NCBI GenBank assembly: GCA_043824255.1
Contig: JBDRTG010000021.1
Span: 1,802-65,801 of the forward strand
From: a bacterium
Lineage (GTDB): Bacteria > JAHJDO01
Direction: 5' to 3'
Length of the DNA: 64,000 nt
This document shows positions 39,389 to 48,781 of the stretch, piece by piece (the first letter of the stretch is position 1; the number at the start of each line of letters is the position of its first letter). The position numbers were made by a program, and so were the translations under genes. Below the pieces are notes generated by a model. The model saw nothing but the letters and a program-made list of their open reading frames with translations. It made no database searches and was not told the origin of the DNA.

Positions 39389-40510
39389 TCAGACAATATG
39401 CACTCTCGGCACTCTTTTACTAATCATGCAGAATATCTCATTAGGTATCGTGCCTGTTTTTTCTGCAATTTCTTCAACGCTTATTCGTTCTTGTTTCTGT
39501 ATGCCAATCAAAACAACTTCGTCTCCCACGCATACTTCAGGGATTTTACTCACGTCTATTATTGACTGATCCATACAAACTCTTCCCACAATAGGAGCTC
39601 TTTTACCTTTTATCAGCACCTCGCCCTTATTTGAAAGTAATCTGCTGTATCCATCGCCATATCCAACCGGCATTGTGGCAAGCCTGGCTTTTGACTTCGT
39701 TATATGGATTCTTCCATAGCTGATTGTAGAACCTTGTTTCACATCTTTTATAAAAACAACCCTTGTTTTTAATGTCAAAACTGGTTCAAGCTTGATGTCC
39801 TTGGAAACATGAGGCGATGGATATGCTCCATAGAGCATTAAACCGGGGCGGACCATATCAAAAAAACTGTCATGAATATTTTCAGAGAGAATGGCTCCGC
39901 TGTTTGCCATATGCTTTATAGGTATTAAGACCCCTGAGGTTTCTAGTTTATCTAGAATATCTTTGAACCGCTTTATTTGAAGCAGACTGAAACTTTTATC
40001 AGCTTCATCAGAAGAAGGAAAATGTGTAAATATGCCTTCTAAGAACAGGTTTTCTAATTTAGCGAGCTCTTTTACAAAACCTACAGCATGTTCAAAGCAC
40101 GAACCTATCCGTCCCATCCCAGTATCAATTTTAACATGTACTGCTACTTTATTAGGGAACTCTGTTGCTTTTCTATTCAATTCTTCTGCAAAGTCCAGAT
40201 CTGCTATAGTTGGACTTATATTATATGAAAGGATGTCCCCTATTTCATATTTAAATGAACAGCCAAGTATTAAAATCGGTATATTTATATCTGCTCTGCG
40301 CAGGTGGATAGCTTCTTCAATATTGGCAACCCCAAGATAGCTAACTCCGCATTCTACTGCGGTTTTTGCTACCTCTGCATCTCCGTGTCCATAAGCATTT
40401 GTCTTAACTGCTGCAAGAATTTTTCTGTCCTTACCTACTATTCTTCTTATCTTGGCAATGTTATGCTCTATAGCTTTCAGGTTAATCTGTGCAACAGTGC
40501 GGTATTTCAT
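39389..40510 (-). CDS. alr: Alanine racemase
   Basis: PLP-lysine motif AAVKTNAYGHG, plus IDTGMGRIG, VGYGDGY, and GRVCMDQ. Confidence 0.95.
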   Translation of the reverse strand: MKYRTVAQINLKAIEHNIAKIRRIVGKDRKILAAVKTNAYGHGDAEVAKTAVECGVSYLGVANIEEAIHLRRADINIPILILGCSFKYEIGDILSYNISPTIADLDFAEELNRKATEFPNKVAVHVKIDTGMGRIGSCFEHAVGFVKELAKLENLFLEGIFTHFPSSDEADKSFSLLQIKRFKDILDKLETSGVLIPIKHMANSGAILSENIHDSFFDMVRPGLMLYGAYPSPHVSKDIKLEPVLTLKTRVVFIKDVKQGSTISYGRIHITKSKARLATMPVGYGDGYSRLLSNKGEVLIKGKRAPIVGRVCMDQSIIDVSKIPEVCVGDEVVLIGIQKQERISVEEIAEKTGTIPNEIFCMISKRVPRVHIV

Positions 40511-40512
40511 GT

Positions 40513-41691
40513 TTATTTCCTTGCAACACCACTGGCCTTGGCTGCTTTTGCAACAGCTGATGAAACAGCGCTTTTTATTCTTTCATCAAAAGGATTAACA
40601 ATCACGTAATCATCACGCAACTCTTTATTTGATATCAAACCTGCTAATGCTTTTGCAGCAGATATTTTCATTTCTTCGTTTATGTCCGACGCTTTCACAT
40701 CCAGAGTCCCCCTAAATATTCCTGGAAAAGCAAGTACATTATTAATCTGATTTGGTAGATCGCTGCGGCCTGTTCCAATAATCCTTGCTCCAGCCCGCTT
40801 AGCCTCTTCAGGTGCGATTTCTGGAACAGGGTTTGACATAGCAAAAACAACTGCCTCTTTATTCATACTGCTGATCATCTCTCCGGTTACCAGTCCAGGA
40901 CCTGATACTCCTATAAATACGTCAGATCCAACTATAGCATCTGCCAGAGTTCCTGATAAGTTCTCAGGGTTCGTAATTTTCGAAATCTCCTTCTTTGCAA
41001 AATTCATATTGTCTTGTCTATTTTTATGTATTACGCCAGCTCTATCGCATATAAGAATATTCCTGCATCCTGCGTTAGTAAGCAACTTTGAGATAGCAAT
41101 CCCAGCTGCCCCTGCTCCGAGAATAACGACTTTTATTTCATTTATTCCCTTGTTAACTAATTGCAAGGCATTAAGCAATGCAGCATACACAACAACTGCT
41201 GTTCCATGCTGATCATCGTGAAAAACCGGAATATTCAACTCTTTTTTAAGCCTATCCTCTACAATGAAACATTTTGGAGCTGATATATCCTCAAGATTAA
41301 TTCCTCCAAAAGCTGGAGAAATTAGTCTCACTGTTTTTACTATTTCATCAGTGTCTTGTGAGTTTATACATATAGGAAAAGCATCTACGTTTCCAAATTG
41401 TTTAAAAAGAACGGCTTTCCCTTCCATAACAGGCAAAGATGCATCTGCTCCAATATTGCCTAAGCCTAAAACAGCGCTTCCATCAGTAACAATAGCTATT
41501 GTGTTCCATTTTGAGGTAAGGGCATAAATCCTCTCTCTATTTTTAAAGATTTGCCTGCATGGTTCTGCAACTCCGGGAGTATAGGCAATGCTTAAGTCGT
41601 GAATGTTGTTTAGTTTAATCTTACTCTTTATTTCAATCTTACCTTTTAATTTTTTGTGAACCTCAAGGGATTCTTTACTTAACCTTTCCAT
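40513..41691 (-). CDS. NAD(P)-dependent malic enzyme
   Basis: Motifs LSIAYTPGVAEPC, TDGSAVLGLGNIG, EDISAPKCF, FHDDQHGTA, and GAGAAGIA. Start set to MERLSKESLEVH (ATG 41691); ATG 41718 is possible. Confidence 0.9.
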   Translation of the reverse strand: MERLSKESLEVHKKLKGKIEIKSKIKLNNIHDLSIAYTPGVAEPCRQIFKNRERIYALTSKWNTIAIVTDGSAVLGLGNIGADASLPVMEGKAVLFKQFGNVDAFPICINSQDTDEIVKTVRLISPAFGGINLEDISAPKCFIVEDRLKKELNIPVFHDDQHGTAVVVYAALLNALQLVNKGINEIKVVILGAGAAGIAISKLLTNAGCRNILICDRAGVIHKNRQDNMNFAKKEISKITNPENLSGTLADAIVGSDVFIGVSGPGLVTGEMISSMNKEAVVFAMSNPVPEIAPEEAKRAGARIIGTGRSDLPNQINNVLAFPGIFRGTLDVKASDINEEMKISAAKALAGLISNKELRDDYVIVNPFDERIKSAVSSAVAKAAKASGVARK

Positions 41692-42373
41692 GCTTTTCCT
41701 TCCATTTAATCTCTGCATCCGATAGTCTTACATAATTTGGTTTCAAGTCAAAATGACTCAACCCTTTACCTTCTTTTAATCTCTTCTCACCCAAAAGCGC
41801 AATACTCGAAGCGCATGGAATACCTGAATGAGGAGGACACACAAGAGCCAAATCACTCAATTCTTTTTTTAATGTATTGCAATATAATGCGCATGCATTG
41901 CCGATAAAAATTGTTTTCTTTTTTATTTTCTTAATCAATTCTTCAATCGGAAGGACTATGTCACTAGTCATCTTTTTCATATTTGGCATTTCGTAAATCG
42001 CTGTATATACTTGCTTTCTTCTTGCGTCTGTGATTACACATACCTGGTCAGTATATGAATTCATCAAGTTATATGCGATTCCATCTAAAGTAGAAACTCC
42101 AACTGTTTGAATGTCAAGCGCCATTGCCATTCCCTTTGCTGCACTAATACCTATTCTAACCCCGGTAAAAGACCCTGGCCCTATTGAAACAGCAATAGCT
42201 TCTACGTCCTTTGGGATTAGTTCAGCATTTGCAAGAACATGTTTTATCATTGGCATAAGACGTTGTGAATGTGTTTTTGTTATATTCGTTGTGTATTCCG
42301 CTATAAGCTGGGAATTCTCCAGTATACACACACTGCAGACATTAGTAGCAGTTTCAATACCAAGTATTCTCAT
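41675..42373 (-). CDS. tsaB: tRNA t6A biosynthesis protein TsaB
   Basis: N-terminus MRILGIETATNVCSVCI, plus GPGSFTGVRIGISAAKG. Confidence 0.85.
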   Translation of the reverse strand: MRILGIETATNVCSVCILENSQLIAEYTTNITKTHSQRLMPMIKHVLANAELIPKDVEAIAVSIGPGSFTGVRIGISAAKGMAMALDIQTVGVSTLDGIAYNLMNSYTDQVCVITDARRKQVYTAIYEMPNMKKMTSDIVLPIEELIKKIKKKTIFIGNACALYCNTLKKELSDLALVCPPHSGIPCASSIALLGEKRLKEGKGLSHFDLKPNYVRLSDAEIKWKEKHGKVK

Positions 42374-42374
42374 T

Positions 42375-42833
42375 TTATCTCACTCTTTCCAGTAGATTTT
42401 TATATGATGCTCCTTTTGCCTGTAAAGTTATTTTTCTCTTATCCTTTCCAGTTACTTCTATGTTTACCATTAGATATTCTTCAGGCAACATCTCTCGCGC
42501 CTTATCTGCCCATTCTATTATACATGTTCCGTTTCCATAGATATATTCATCCCAGCCTATGTTGTAAAGTTCTCTTGAATCATTTAACCTGTATAGATCA
42601 ATGTGATAAACAGGATTTCTCCCATCATATTGATTGATTATTGTGTAAGTCGGACTTGTTATATAATCTTCCTTTACTCCAAGACCACTGCATAAGCCAT
42701 TGGCAATAACCGTCTTGCCTGCTCCCAGTTTACCAATCAAAGCAATAACATCTCCCTCTTTTAAAAACCCGCTTATCTTTTTACCCAGACACTTTGTTTC
42801 TTCAGGACTGTTTGTGGTGAATGCTTTTTTCAT
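42375..42833 (-). CDS. tsaE: tRNA t6A biosynthesis ATPase TsaE
   Basis: P-loop GKLGAGKT, plus SPTYTIINQY and HIDLYRL. Confidence 0.85.
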   Translation of the reverse strand: MKKAFTTNSPEETKCLGKKISGFLKEGDVIALIGKLGAGKTVIANGLCSGLGVKEDYITSPTYTIINQYDGRNPVYHIDLYRLNDSRELYNIGWDEYIYGNGTCIIEWADKAREMLPEEYLMVNIEVTGKDKRKITLQAKGASYKNLLERVR

Positions 42834-42886
42834 GCTCCAGATATTACCCTAGTTGGGGTAAAAAGGGAAGAAAGAATTTGTCGTGG

Positions 42887-42915
42887 TTGACAATTGCGTG
42901 ACAATTGTATACACT
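42887..42915 (+). promoter_or_regulatory. Promoter with tandem operator-like repeats for the toxin-antitoxin operon
   Basis: TTGACA (42887-42892), a 17-nt spacer, then TACACT (42910-42915). The direct repeat TGACAATTG occurs twice (42888-42896 and 42899-42907). The second copy lies within the perfect palindrome ACAATTGT (42901-42908). SD AAAGGAGG lies before ATG 42944. Confidence 0.5.
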
Positions 42916-42943
42916 GTAACTAAATACGAAAAAGGAGGCATAT

Positions 42944-43231
42944 ATGCAGTTCGTCACTGTAAGAGACCTGCGTGGAAAATCTGCTCAAGTTTGGCAGAGG
43001 CTGTCAAATGAAAAGGAAATGGTAATTACTTCAAACGGGAAACCTATTGCTATCCTGTCTGCTACGTCAGAAGGTTCCCTTGAAGAGTCTCTAGCTGCAT
43101 TTCGTCAGGCTCGCGCAATTGGAGCCGTGACTTCACTGCAACGACGATCTGTTGAAATGGGAACTGATCAAATGATCCTTGAAGAGATAAACTCTGAAAT
43201 TAAAGCAGAACGAAAGAAACGTTCTAAATGA
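42944..43231 (+). CDS. Type II antitoxin (Phd/YefM-like N-terminus)
   Basis: 95 aa. The sequence MQFVTVRDLRGKSAQVWQRL..EKEMVITSNGKPIAIL is the usual antitoxin beta-alpha N-terminus. ATGA overlap with the PIN gene. Confidence 0.7.
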   Translation: MQFVTVRDLRGKSAQVWQRLSNEKEMVITSNGKPIAILSATSEGSLEESLAAFRQARAIGAVTSLQRRSVEMGTDQMILEEINSEIKAERKKRSK

Positions 43232-43641
43232 AAATAGTTCTGGACACTAACGTAATTGTCTCTGGCCTGCTTTCTCCGTATAATGCTCCAGGGGAAATCG
43301 TTCGTATGGTATCCTCGGGCATTTTGAAACTCTGTTACGATGCGCGAATTCTCTCTGAATATCAAAGTGTGCTACTCCGCCTGAAATTCAAATTTGATCC
43401 AGAGCACATTGATGCTCTTATCGACCAGATAGAAGCCTGTGGCTGCATAGCTGCATCAAAACCACTTCCTGAAAAACTACCAGATGCAGATGACGAACCA
43501 TTTTTGGAAGTTGCACTTGGAGCAAAAGCCAGCTACTTAATTACAGGAAATGCAATACACTATCCATTGAAATTACGACAAGGAATAAAAATTGTATCGC
43601 CAAATAAATTTATAGATATTTATAGAAAGTTAGGGCTGTAG
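43228..43641 (+). CDS. PIN-domain toxin (TIGR00305-type)
   Basis: N-terminus MKIVLDTNVIVSGLLSP and acidic residues at the expected positions (DADDEPFLEVA, and ITGN near the C-terminus). Confidence 0.8.
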   Translation: MKIVLDTNVIVSGLLSPYNAPGEIVRMVSSGILKLCYDARILSEYQSVLLRLKFKFDPEHIDALIDQIEACGCIAASKPLPEKLPDADDEPFLEVALGAKASYLITGNAIHYPLKLRQGIKIVSPNKFIDIYRKLGL

Positions 43642-43652
43642 GATAATCTATG

Positions 43653-45317
43653 CTAATTTTGGTTCTGATGTTTTAAGTTATTTCCAATACTTTGTCTTAC
43701 CTTTGACATCTCTATATCATCAGGACACAATTTGAGATATCTATCAAGGTAATAAACTGCCCTAGATTTGTCTCCAATATAAGCACCGTAAGCTATTGCC
43801 GTGCTTTTTAATGCCTTCGCATAATAAGGATCAAGTTTCAGAACCTCTTCAAATTCTCTTATAGCTAGTCTCGGCTTTCTCTGTCGAAGAAGACAAAATC
43901 CCTTCATATAAATAGGCTTAAGATAATTCGCTCTTAATTTTATCGCGTTATCAAACTGTGTGATTGCGTTGCTATACTTTTTGCCCATGACATAGGAAAG
44001 GCCCGTATTGTAATGGTCCTGCGGTAATATAAATTGCTGCGGTCTTGGCCACATTAGAAAGGATAAAAAAGCAGCACATAGAAGAGGCAAAACTAGTTTC
44101 TTTAAATCTTTGTCCTTGGCTTTCTTCCATAACCAATCAATAAAAAACCCTGTGAACAATATTAAGAACGGCACTATAGGCTGTCGAAATCTTGATAGGA
44201 TATAAAAGGCCATTACAGAGCAAAAGCAACCGATAATTATTAAATATACAAGTAAATACTTTTGCCAGTTTCGAATAGATACAATAATGCCTATTATTCC
44301 CATTGAGGCTATAAATACAAAACCGGGAAGAGGAAGACTCAGGAGACTGGAGAATCTTCTTGATAAATAAAAATTGGAATTATTTGGTATCTCGTATCCG
44401 TTCCAGAAAGCAATTGACTTTTTTATCTGTTGCTTAAACCATTTAGAAGGCGTTTTAAACGCTGTTCGCAAAATACTAAAACACACTTGTATCTGATTTT
44501 TCCCTGAATATGTATCGTCTTGTATGTAATGGAATCCACAGCCAGTAGATCTGGCATCATGACCGCATATAAACGCGTTTACTCCCTGAGATGACATAGA
44601 AAATAAATTAACTCCAACAATATGATTGCGAATAAAAAGAGGGGTAAGCGCGAATAAAACACCAAAGAAAAAACACATAAATCGCTTAATTAATAGTTTT
44701 TTATTCTTTAGCGTCACATAAACAATCCATATCAAAATAGATAGAACCAATATGATATTATTTGGTCTGCATAATATCAGCAAGCCGAGTACAATTCCTG
44801 GAATTAACCATATGGCAGCTTTTTTGCTCTTTGAGAAACGCACAATTGAGAAAACTAAAAGGACAGTTAAAAAAACTGTGATTGTTACACGCAATAATTC
44901 TCCTTCATAGAAAATTAATACTCCATATAAGCTGCAAATTATTCCTGATATTATGCCAACCGTTCTATTAAAGATTCTACTTCCTATTAGGTATAATAAA
45001 ACACATATTCCCGCCCCCATAATTATTTGGAATATTCTCACCATGATATAATGATGCCCAAACAGGCTGTATATTGAGGCGAGGAAGTATGGATAAAGAG
45101 GAGATTGCGAATAAATACCTTTTCCTCCCAGAATATCTCCCTGTGAAATCTGAAGAGAAAATTTATCAAATCTCTCCTGATCCAAACCTTCAGGGATATT
45201 ATAAAACATCGGATTATCTCTCATCTGATACAGGTAAACGAATCTTATGGATAAGGCGAAGGCGAAGATTATTAATGGAATAAAAACTACAATTTTTTTG
45301 TTTTGCATATTAATCAT
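43653..45317 (-). CDS. GT39/ArnT-like (PMT_2) membrane glycosyltransferase with C-terminal TPR repeats
   Basis: About 11 TM helices with an N-terminal loop bearing acidic residues. The C-terminal 130 aa form about 3 TPR units (YNTGLSYVMGKKYSNAITQFDNAIKLRANY...). Confidence 0.6.
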   Translation of the reverse strand: MINMQNKKIVVFIPLIIFAFALSIRFVYLYQMRDNPMFYNIPEGLDQERFDKFSLQISQGDILGGKGIYSQSPLYPYFLASIYSLFGHHYIMVRIFQIIMGAGICVLLYLIGSRIFNRTVGIISGIICSLYGVLIFYEGELLRVTITVFLTVLLVFSIVRFSKSKKAAIWLIPGIVLGLLILCRPNNIILVLSILIWIVYVTLKNKKLLIKRFMCFFFGVLFALTPLFIRNHIVGVNLFSMSSQGVNAFICGHDARSTGCGFHYIQDDTYSGKNQIQVCFSILRTAFKTPSKWFKQQIKKSIAFWNGYEIPNNSNFYLSRRFSSLLSLPLPGFVFIASMGIIGIIVSIRNWQKYLLVYLIIIGCFCSVMAFYILSRFRQPIVPFLILFTGFFIDWLWKKAKDKDLKKLVLPLLCAAFLSFLMWPRPQQFILPQDHYNTGLSYVMGKKYSNAITQFDNAIKLRANYLKPIYMKGFCLLRQRKPRLAIREFEEVLKLDPYYAKALKSTAIAYGAYIGDKSRAVYYLDRYLKLCPDDIEMSKVRQSIGNNLKHQNQN

Positions 45318-45338
45318 AACAACATTAACATAGAAGAA

Positions 45339-45372
45339 GGGCAGACACAGAAGTCTACCCCTATATTTTTAC
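45339..45372 (-). terminator. Possible terminator hairpin downstream of the phasin-like gene
   Basis: GGGCAGAC (45339-45346) pairs with GTCTACCC (45353-45360, one mismatch). On the minus strand it is followed by TTCTTCTATGTT, and on the plus strand by CTATATTTTT. The direction of function is ambiguous. Confidence 0.3.
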
Positions 45373-45388
45373 CATTTTCATTCTGTAG

Positions 45389-45410
45389 AGGCGAACTTAT
45401 ATGTTCGCCT
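45389..45410. other. Perfect 8-bp-stem hairpin overlapping the stop codon of the phasin-like gene
   Basis: AGGCGAAC (45389-45396), loop TTATAT, GTTCGCCT (45403-45410). The stop codon (45397-45399) lies in the loop. Confidence 0.5.
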
Positions 45411-45726
45411 TAACTTTTTTAGCACGAGGTTTGCGCTTAACAGAAGATTTTTTTGTTTTTTCTAATGTATTGAGTCTTTTTTTTATATCTTCTATCTCTT
45501 TTCTAGTAGGGATATTTAATTTGCGGATTGCCTGATGTATCTGCCCATCCATCTTCTTTTGAAGAGTAGATGTGCCCTTCTTTATTCTTTTTTTCCAATC
45601 ATCAGTCATTTTCTTAGCTTCTTTACTGCCTATTTTCCCTTTTTTATAAAGTTCATAAATAAGCTCATTAGCTTTCTCTTCTGTTTTTGCTGCAAACTCT
45701 GTTGCTTTTTTTATAAAATCCTTCAT
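45397..45726 (-). CDS. Small Lys-rich coiled-coil protein, phasin-like
   Basis: 109 aa. The segment NIPTRKEIEDIKKRLNTLEK resembles the conserved C-terminal motif of PHA-granule phasin-type proteins. 4-nt overlap with mtnA. Confidence 0.4.
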   Translation of the reverse strand: MKDFIKKATEFAAKTEEKANELIYELYKKGKIGSKEAKKMTDDWKKRIKKGTSTLQKKMDGQIHQAIRKLNIPTRKEIEDIKKRLNTLEKTKKSSVKRKPRAKKVKANI

Positions 45727-46766
45727 AATTTCACCTTCCTTTCTATTATTTTTTCCTTGTCGGGTTTTTTAATTATACCACATTCTGTTATTATTGCAGA
45801 TATAAACTTTGCAGGGGTTACATCAAAGGCAGGATTATATACACTTACATTTTTAGGCGCAATTCTCTTTCCAGATAGATTTGTTACTTCTTCAGAGCTC
45901 CTTTGCTCAATTGGAATTTGTTCCCCAGATTTTATTTTCATATCAAATGTAGAAATAGGCGCAGCTACATAAAAAGGAACTTTATGTGCTTTTGCAAGAA
46001 CAGCCAGACTATAAGTGCCTATTTTATTTGCAGTGTCTCCGTTAGAAGCAATTCTATCAGCTCCGACTATTACGCAATTTATTTTCCCCTCTTTCATTAA
46101 TGAACCGGCCATATTATCGCAGATTAATGTAACATCAATCCCTGCCTGCATCAGCTCCCATGTTGTAAGCCTTGCTCCTTGCAGTAATGGTCGAGTTTCG
46201 TCTGCATAAACTCTTATCTTCTTGCCTTGCTCATTTGCATAAAAGATTACACCTAGAGCTGTTCCGTAATCAGCAGTGGCTAATCCTCCAGCATTACAAT
46301 GAGTTAAAATCACATCTCCATCTTTTATAAGCTTTGCCCCATTTTTACCGATATTTCTGCAAATATTCTTGTCTTCCTTTATAATCTTTTGTGCTTCATC
46401 TAACAATTCGGTTTTTATTCTATTAATTGGTAAATTTCTATATTTCATGCAGCATACACGCATTCTATCCAATGCCCAGAAAAGATTAACTGCAGTAGGT
46501 CTTGAGGATGATAGATATAATATAACTTGTTCCAGTCGTTTTTTAAACTGAACATAACCTCTGGCCTTTGAATCCTGTATTCCAAGAACAACACCCAATG
46601 CTCCGGCAATGCCTATGGCAGGAGCTCCCCGAACCCTCAAATTCTTAATTGCCTCCCATATACTCTTTACAGTATCGCAATATATGTGCTTAAACTTGTT
46701 TGGAAGCAAAGTCTGATCTACCAGTTTAATTCTTCCTTTGTGCCACTGGATTGTTTCAACAGGCAT
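45723..46766 (-). CDS. mtnA: S-methyl-5-thioribose-1-phosphate isomerase
   Basis: Motifs VRGAPAIGIAGA, SSRPTAVNL, THCNAG, ETRPLLQGARLT, and GADRIA.NGD.ANKIGTY. Confidence 0.92.
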   Translation of the reverse strand: MPVETIQWHKGRIKLVDQTLLPNKFKHIYCDTVKSIWEAIKNLRVRGAPAIGIAGALGVVLGIQDSKARGYVQFKKRLEQVILYLSSSRPTAVNLFWALDRMRVCCMKYRNLPINRIKTELLDEAQKIIKEDKNICRNIGKNGAKLIKDGDVILTHCNAGGLATADYGTALGVIFYANEQGKKIRVYADETRPLLQGARLTTWELMQAGIDVTLICDNMAGSLMKEGKINCVIVGADRIASNGDTANKIGTYSLAVLAKAHKVPFYVAAPISTFDMKIKSGEQIPIEQRSSEEVTNLSGKRIAPKNVSVYNPAFDVTPAKFISAIITECGIIKKPDKEKIIERKVKL

Positions 46767-46769
46767 TAC

Positions 46770-47246
46770 TTAGCTCCTAATTATCTTTTCAATAATCTCT
46801 GAAGTTGACTTCCCTTTCACTTCCGGAATGGTTATAACCTTTCCGCCGTGCGAGGTTACAGTGTTTCTGCCAATAATCTGATCTATCTTATAATCTCCTC
46901 CCTTTACCAGGATATCCGGAAGCAATGCTGATATAGTTTTCTCAGGATCCGGTTCATCAAAAATTACAATGTAATTAACAAATTCAAAAGCGGAGAGTAT
47001 TTCTGCGCGTTCATCCTGCGGAAATAGAGGCCTTTTATTACCCTTTAAGAGTTTTACGGATTTGTCGCTATTTACAGCAACTACAAATATATCGCAAAGT
47101 TTTTTTGCAGCTCTTAAATACTTTATATGTCCAACATGTATGAGATCAAAACAACCGTTAGTAAAACCTATCTTCTTACCCTGTTTCTTTAATAGGCTTA
47201 CTATCTCTTTTAACTCGTAGAGAGATTTGACTTTATTTGTGCTCAC
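46770..47246 (-). CDS. hldC: D-glycero-beta-D-manno-heptose-1-phosphate adenylyltransferase (RfaE domain II type)
   Basis: Cytidylyltransferase motif GFTNGCFDLIHVGHIKYL. 158 aa, adjacent to gmhA. Confidence 0.85.
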   Translation of the reverse strand: MSTNKVKSLYELKEIVSLLKKQGKKIGFTNGCFDLIHVGHIKYLRAAKKLCDIFVVAVNSDKSVKLLKGNKRPLFPQDERAEILSAFEFVNYIVIFDEPDPEKTISALLPDILVKGGDYKIDQIIGRNTVTSHGGKVITIPEVKGKSTSEIIEKIIRS

Positions 47247-47823
47247 AATATAATTTTTCTTCTACAAGCTTACAGATTATATGCTCCACTGTAATATGGG
47301 CTTCCTGAATGCGAGGGGTACTTGAACAAGGGGCAATGAAGCACAAATCTGTTATTTTTGCAAGTGTTCCGCCTTCTTTGCCTGAAAATCCAATAGTTGT
47401 AAGTTTCATACTTTTTGCTTTGCGGATGCCAGCTAATACATTCTCAGAATTTCCACTTGTTGATATACCCAAAGCCATATCTTCCTGAGTTCCTAATGCC
47501 TCTATCTGACGCGAAAAAATCTCATTAAAGCTATAATCGTTGGATATTGAGGTTATTACAGAGCTATCTGTAGTTAATGCAATTGCTGGTAGTGCGCTTC
47601 GTTCCAGTTCAAACCTGCCAACCAGTTCTCCAGCAATATGCTGTGCGTCAGCAGCACTGCCTCCATTCCCAAAAACAAGCAGCTTCCCTCCCCTGCTCAA
47701 TACATCAGCAATGCTGTTTACTATCTTAACTATAACGTCAATCTGATTAGCTATAATATCCTGCTTTACTGCGATGCTCTCCTCGAGTATTTCTATTATG
47801 TGTTTGTCCATAGTTCTATTCAC
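47233..47823 (-). CDS. gmhA: D-sedoheptulose-7-phosphate isomerase
   Basis: SIS-domain motifs FGNGGSAADAQH, ALTTDSS, and GISTSGNS. Confidence 0.92.
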   Translation of the reverse strand: MNRTMDKHIIEILEESIAVKQDIIANQIDVIVKIVNSIADVLSRGGKLLVFGNGGSAADAQHIAGELVGRFELERSALPAIALTTDSSVITSISNDYSFNEIFSRQIEALGTQEDMALGISTSGNSENVLAGIRKAKSMKLTTIGFSGKEGGTLAKITDLCFIAPCSSTPRIQEAHITVEHIICKLVEEKLYCEHK

Positions 47824-48776
47824 TTTCTCTCAACCCGCCTGAATCCAGAGCATTCAATCACATTAATCTTTGAATCTAGTAGCAAACGATCAAACATGAG
47901 ATTTAAACCTAGATTATCACTTGCTATATGCCCTGCGATTATGACGTTTAAGTGATTCTTTTCAGCCTCTTTTCTATGATCCTCACTTAAATGCATGCAC
48001 ACAATCGTGTTTATATCACTCGCCGGAAGCACTCTGAATATATCCTTCGAGCCTTCTGTTCCACCCGTCATATCTACAAATATTTTGCCAGCGCTTCTCT
48101 CTTTTGATCCAATAAGAATATTAGGGCCTGCGCCATTCATTGCGGCTTTCTTATACTCCTCTATTTCCAACAGCATGTTTACAACGTCGTTCATCGTATA
48201 AGGTTTTTCTTTGTCAAAGAGCTTCTGCAAGTATGTCGCCACCATATTATCAGCAGGTGTATGAAGGTTCATAAAAGGCAACCCGATTAATCTGGCTGCG
48301 TCAACTGCCCTTGTATGATTTATCGGCATAAGTCTTCTCTGAACTTCCTTAACCCTATGTTCCATCAGGCTTTCTGCTACGTTAATTGGTACACCGTGCA
48401 AGCTGAGAATGTTTGCCTGCATCTTCATCACATTATACAGCATCGCATATGGCAATCCTTCAGGATGATGAGCTATAACTGCATCTATCTGTTTGCCTCT
48501 ATTTCTTAGGATATCTGCCAGAATCAGCTCGCCAACTTCAATATCTATACCGACCAGCACAGTTTTAATCGTCTCATCACCGCTGCCATTTAATATTCTT
48601 GAGTCAGAGTATGGATTTCTAAGAGATTCTTTATCAAAAAATTCTTTCTCTTTTTTCTTTAATTCTTCATACCTATTCTTGTTTTTCTTAAGTTCCCCCA
48701 AAACAGTTTTTTTACTTCTTGGATCATTTTCAATCCCAATCGTAATTGCTTTTCTATAGAGTTCTTTCAGGTTCAT
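47820..48776 (-). CDS. NIF3-related (dinuclear metal centre) family protein
   Basis: Motifs VLVGIDIEVGELILAD, DAVIAHHPEG, PINHTRAVDAARL, and MNLHTPADN, with a C-terminal AGHIASD, match NIF3-like proteins as recalled. Confidence 0.6.
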   Translation of the reverse strand: MNLKELYRKAITIGIENDPRSKKTVLGELKKNKNRYEELKKKEKEFFDKESLRNPYSDSRILNGSGDETIKTVLVGIDIEVGELILADILRNRGKQIDAVIAHHPEGLPYAMLYNVMKMQANILSLHGVPINVAESLMEHRVKEVQRRLMPINHTRAVDAARLIGLPFMNLHTPADNMVATYLQKLFDKEKPYTMNDVVNMLLEIEEYKKAAMNGAGPNILIGSKERSAGKIFVDMTGGTEGSKDIFRVLPASDINTIVCMHLSEDHRKEAEKNHLNVIIAGHIASDNLGLNLMFDRLLLDSKINVIECSGFRRVERK

Positions 48777-48781
48777 ATGAC

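Noticed and set aside
40513-41718. Longer malic-enzyme ORF starting at ATG 41718 (MQRLNGRKS...)
   Set aside because: The extra 9 codons deepen the overlap with tsaB and add a non-conserved basic extension, so ATG 41691 (MERLSKESLEVH) fits family N-termini better. It is kept as an alternative, not excluded.
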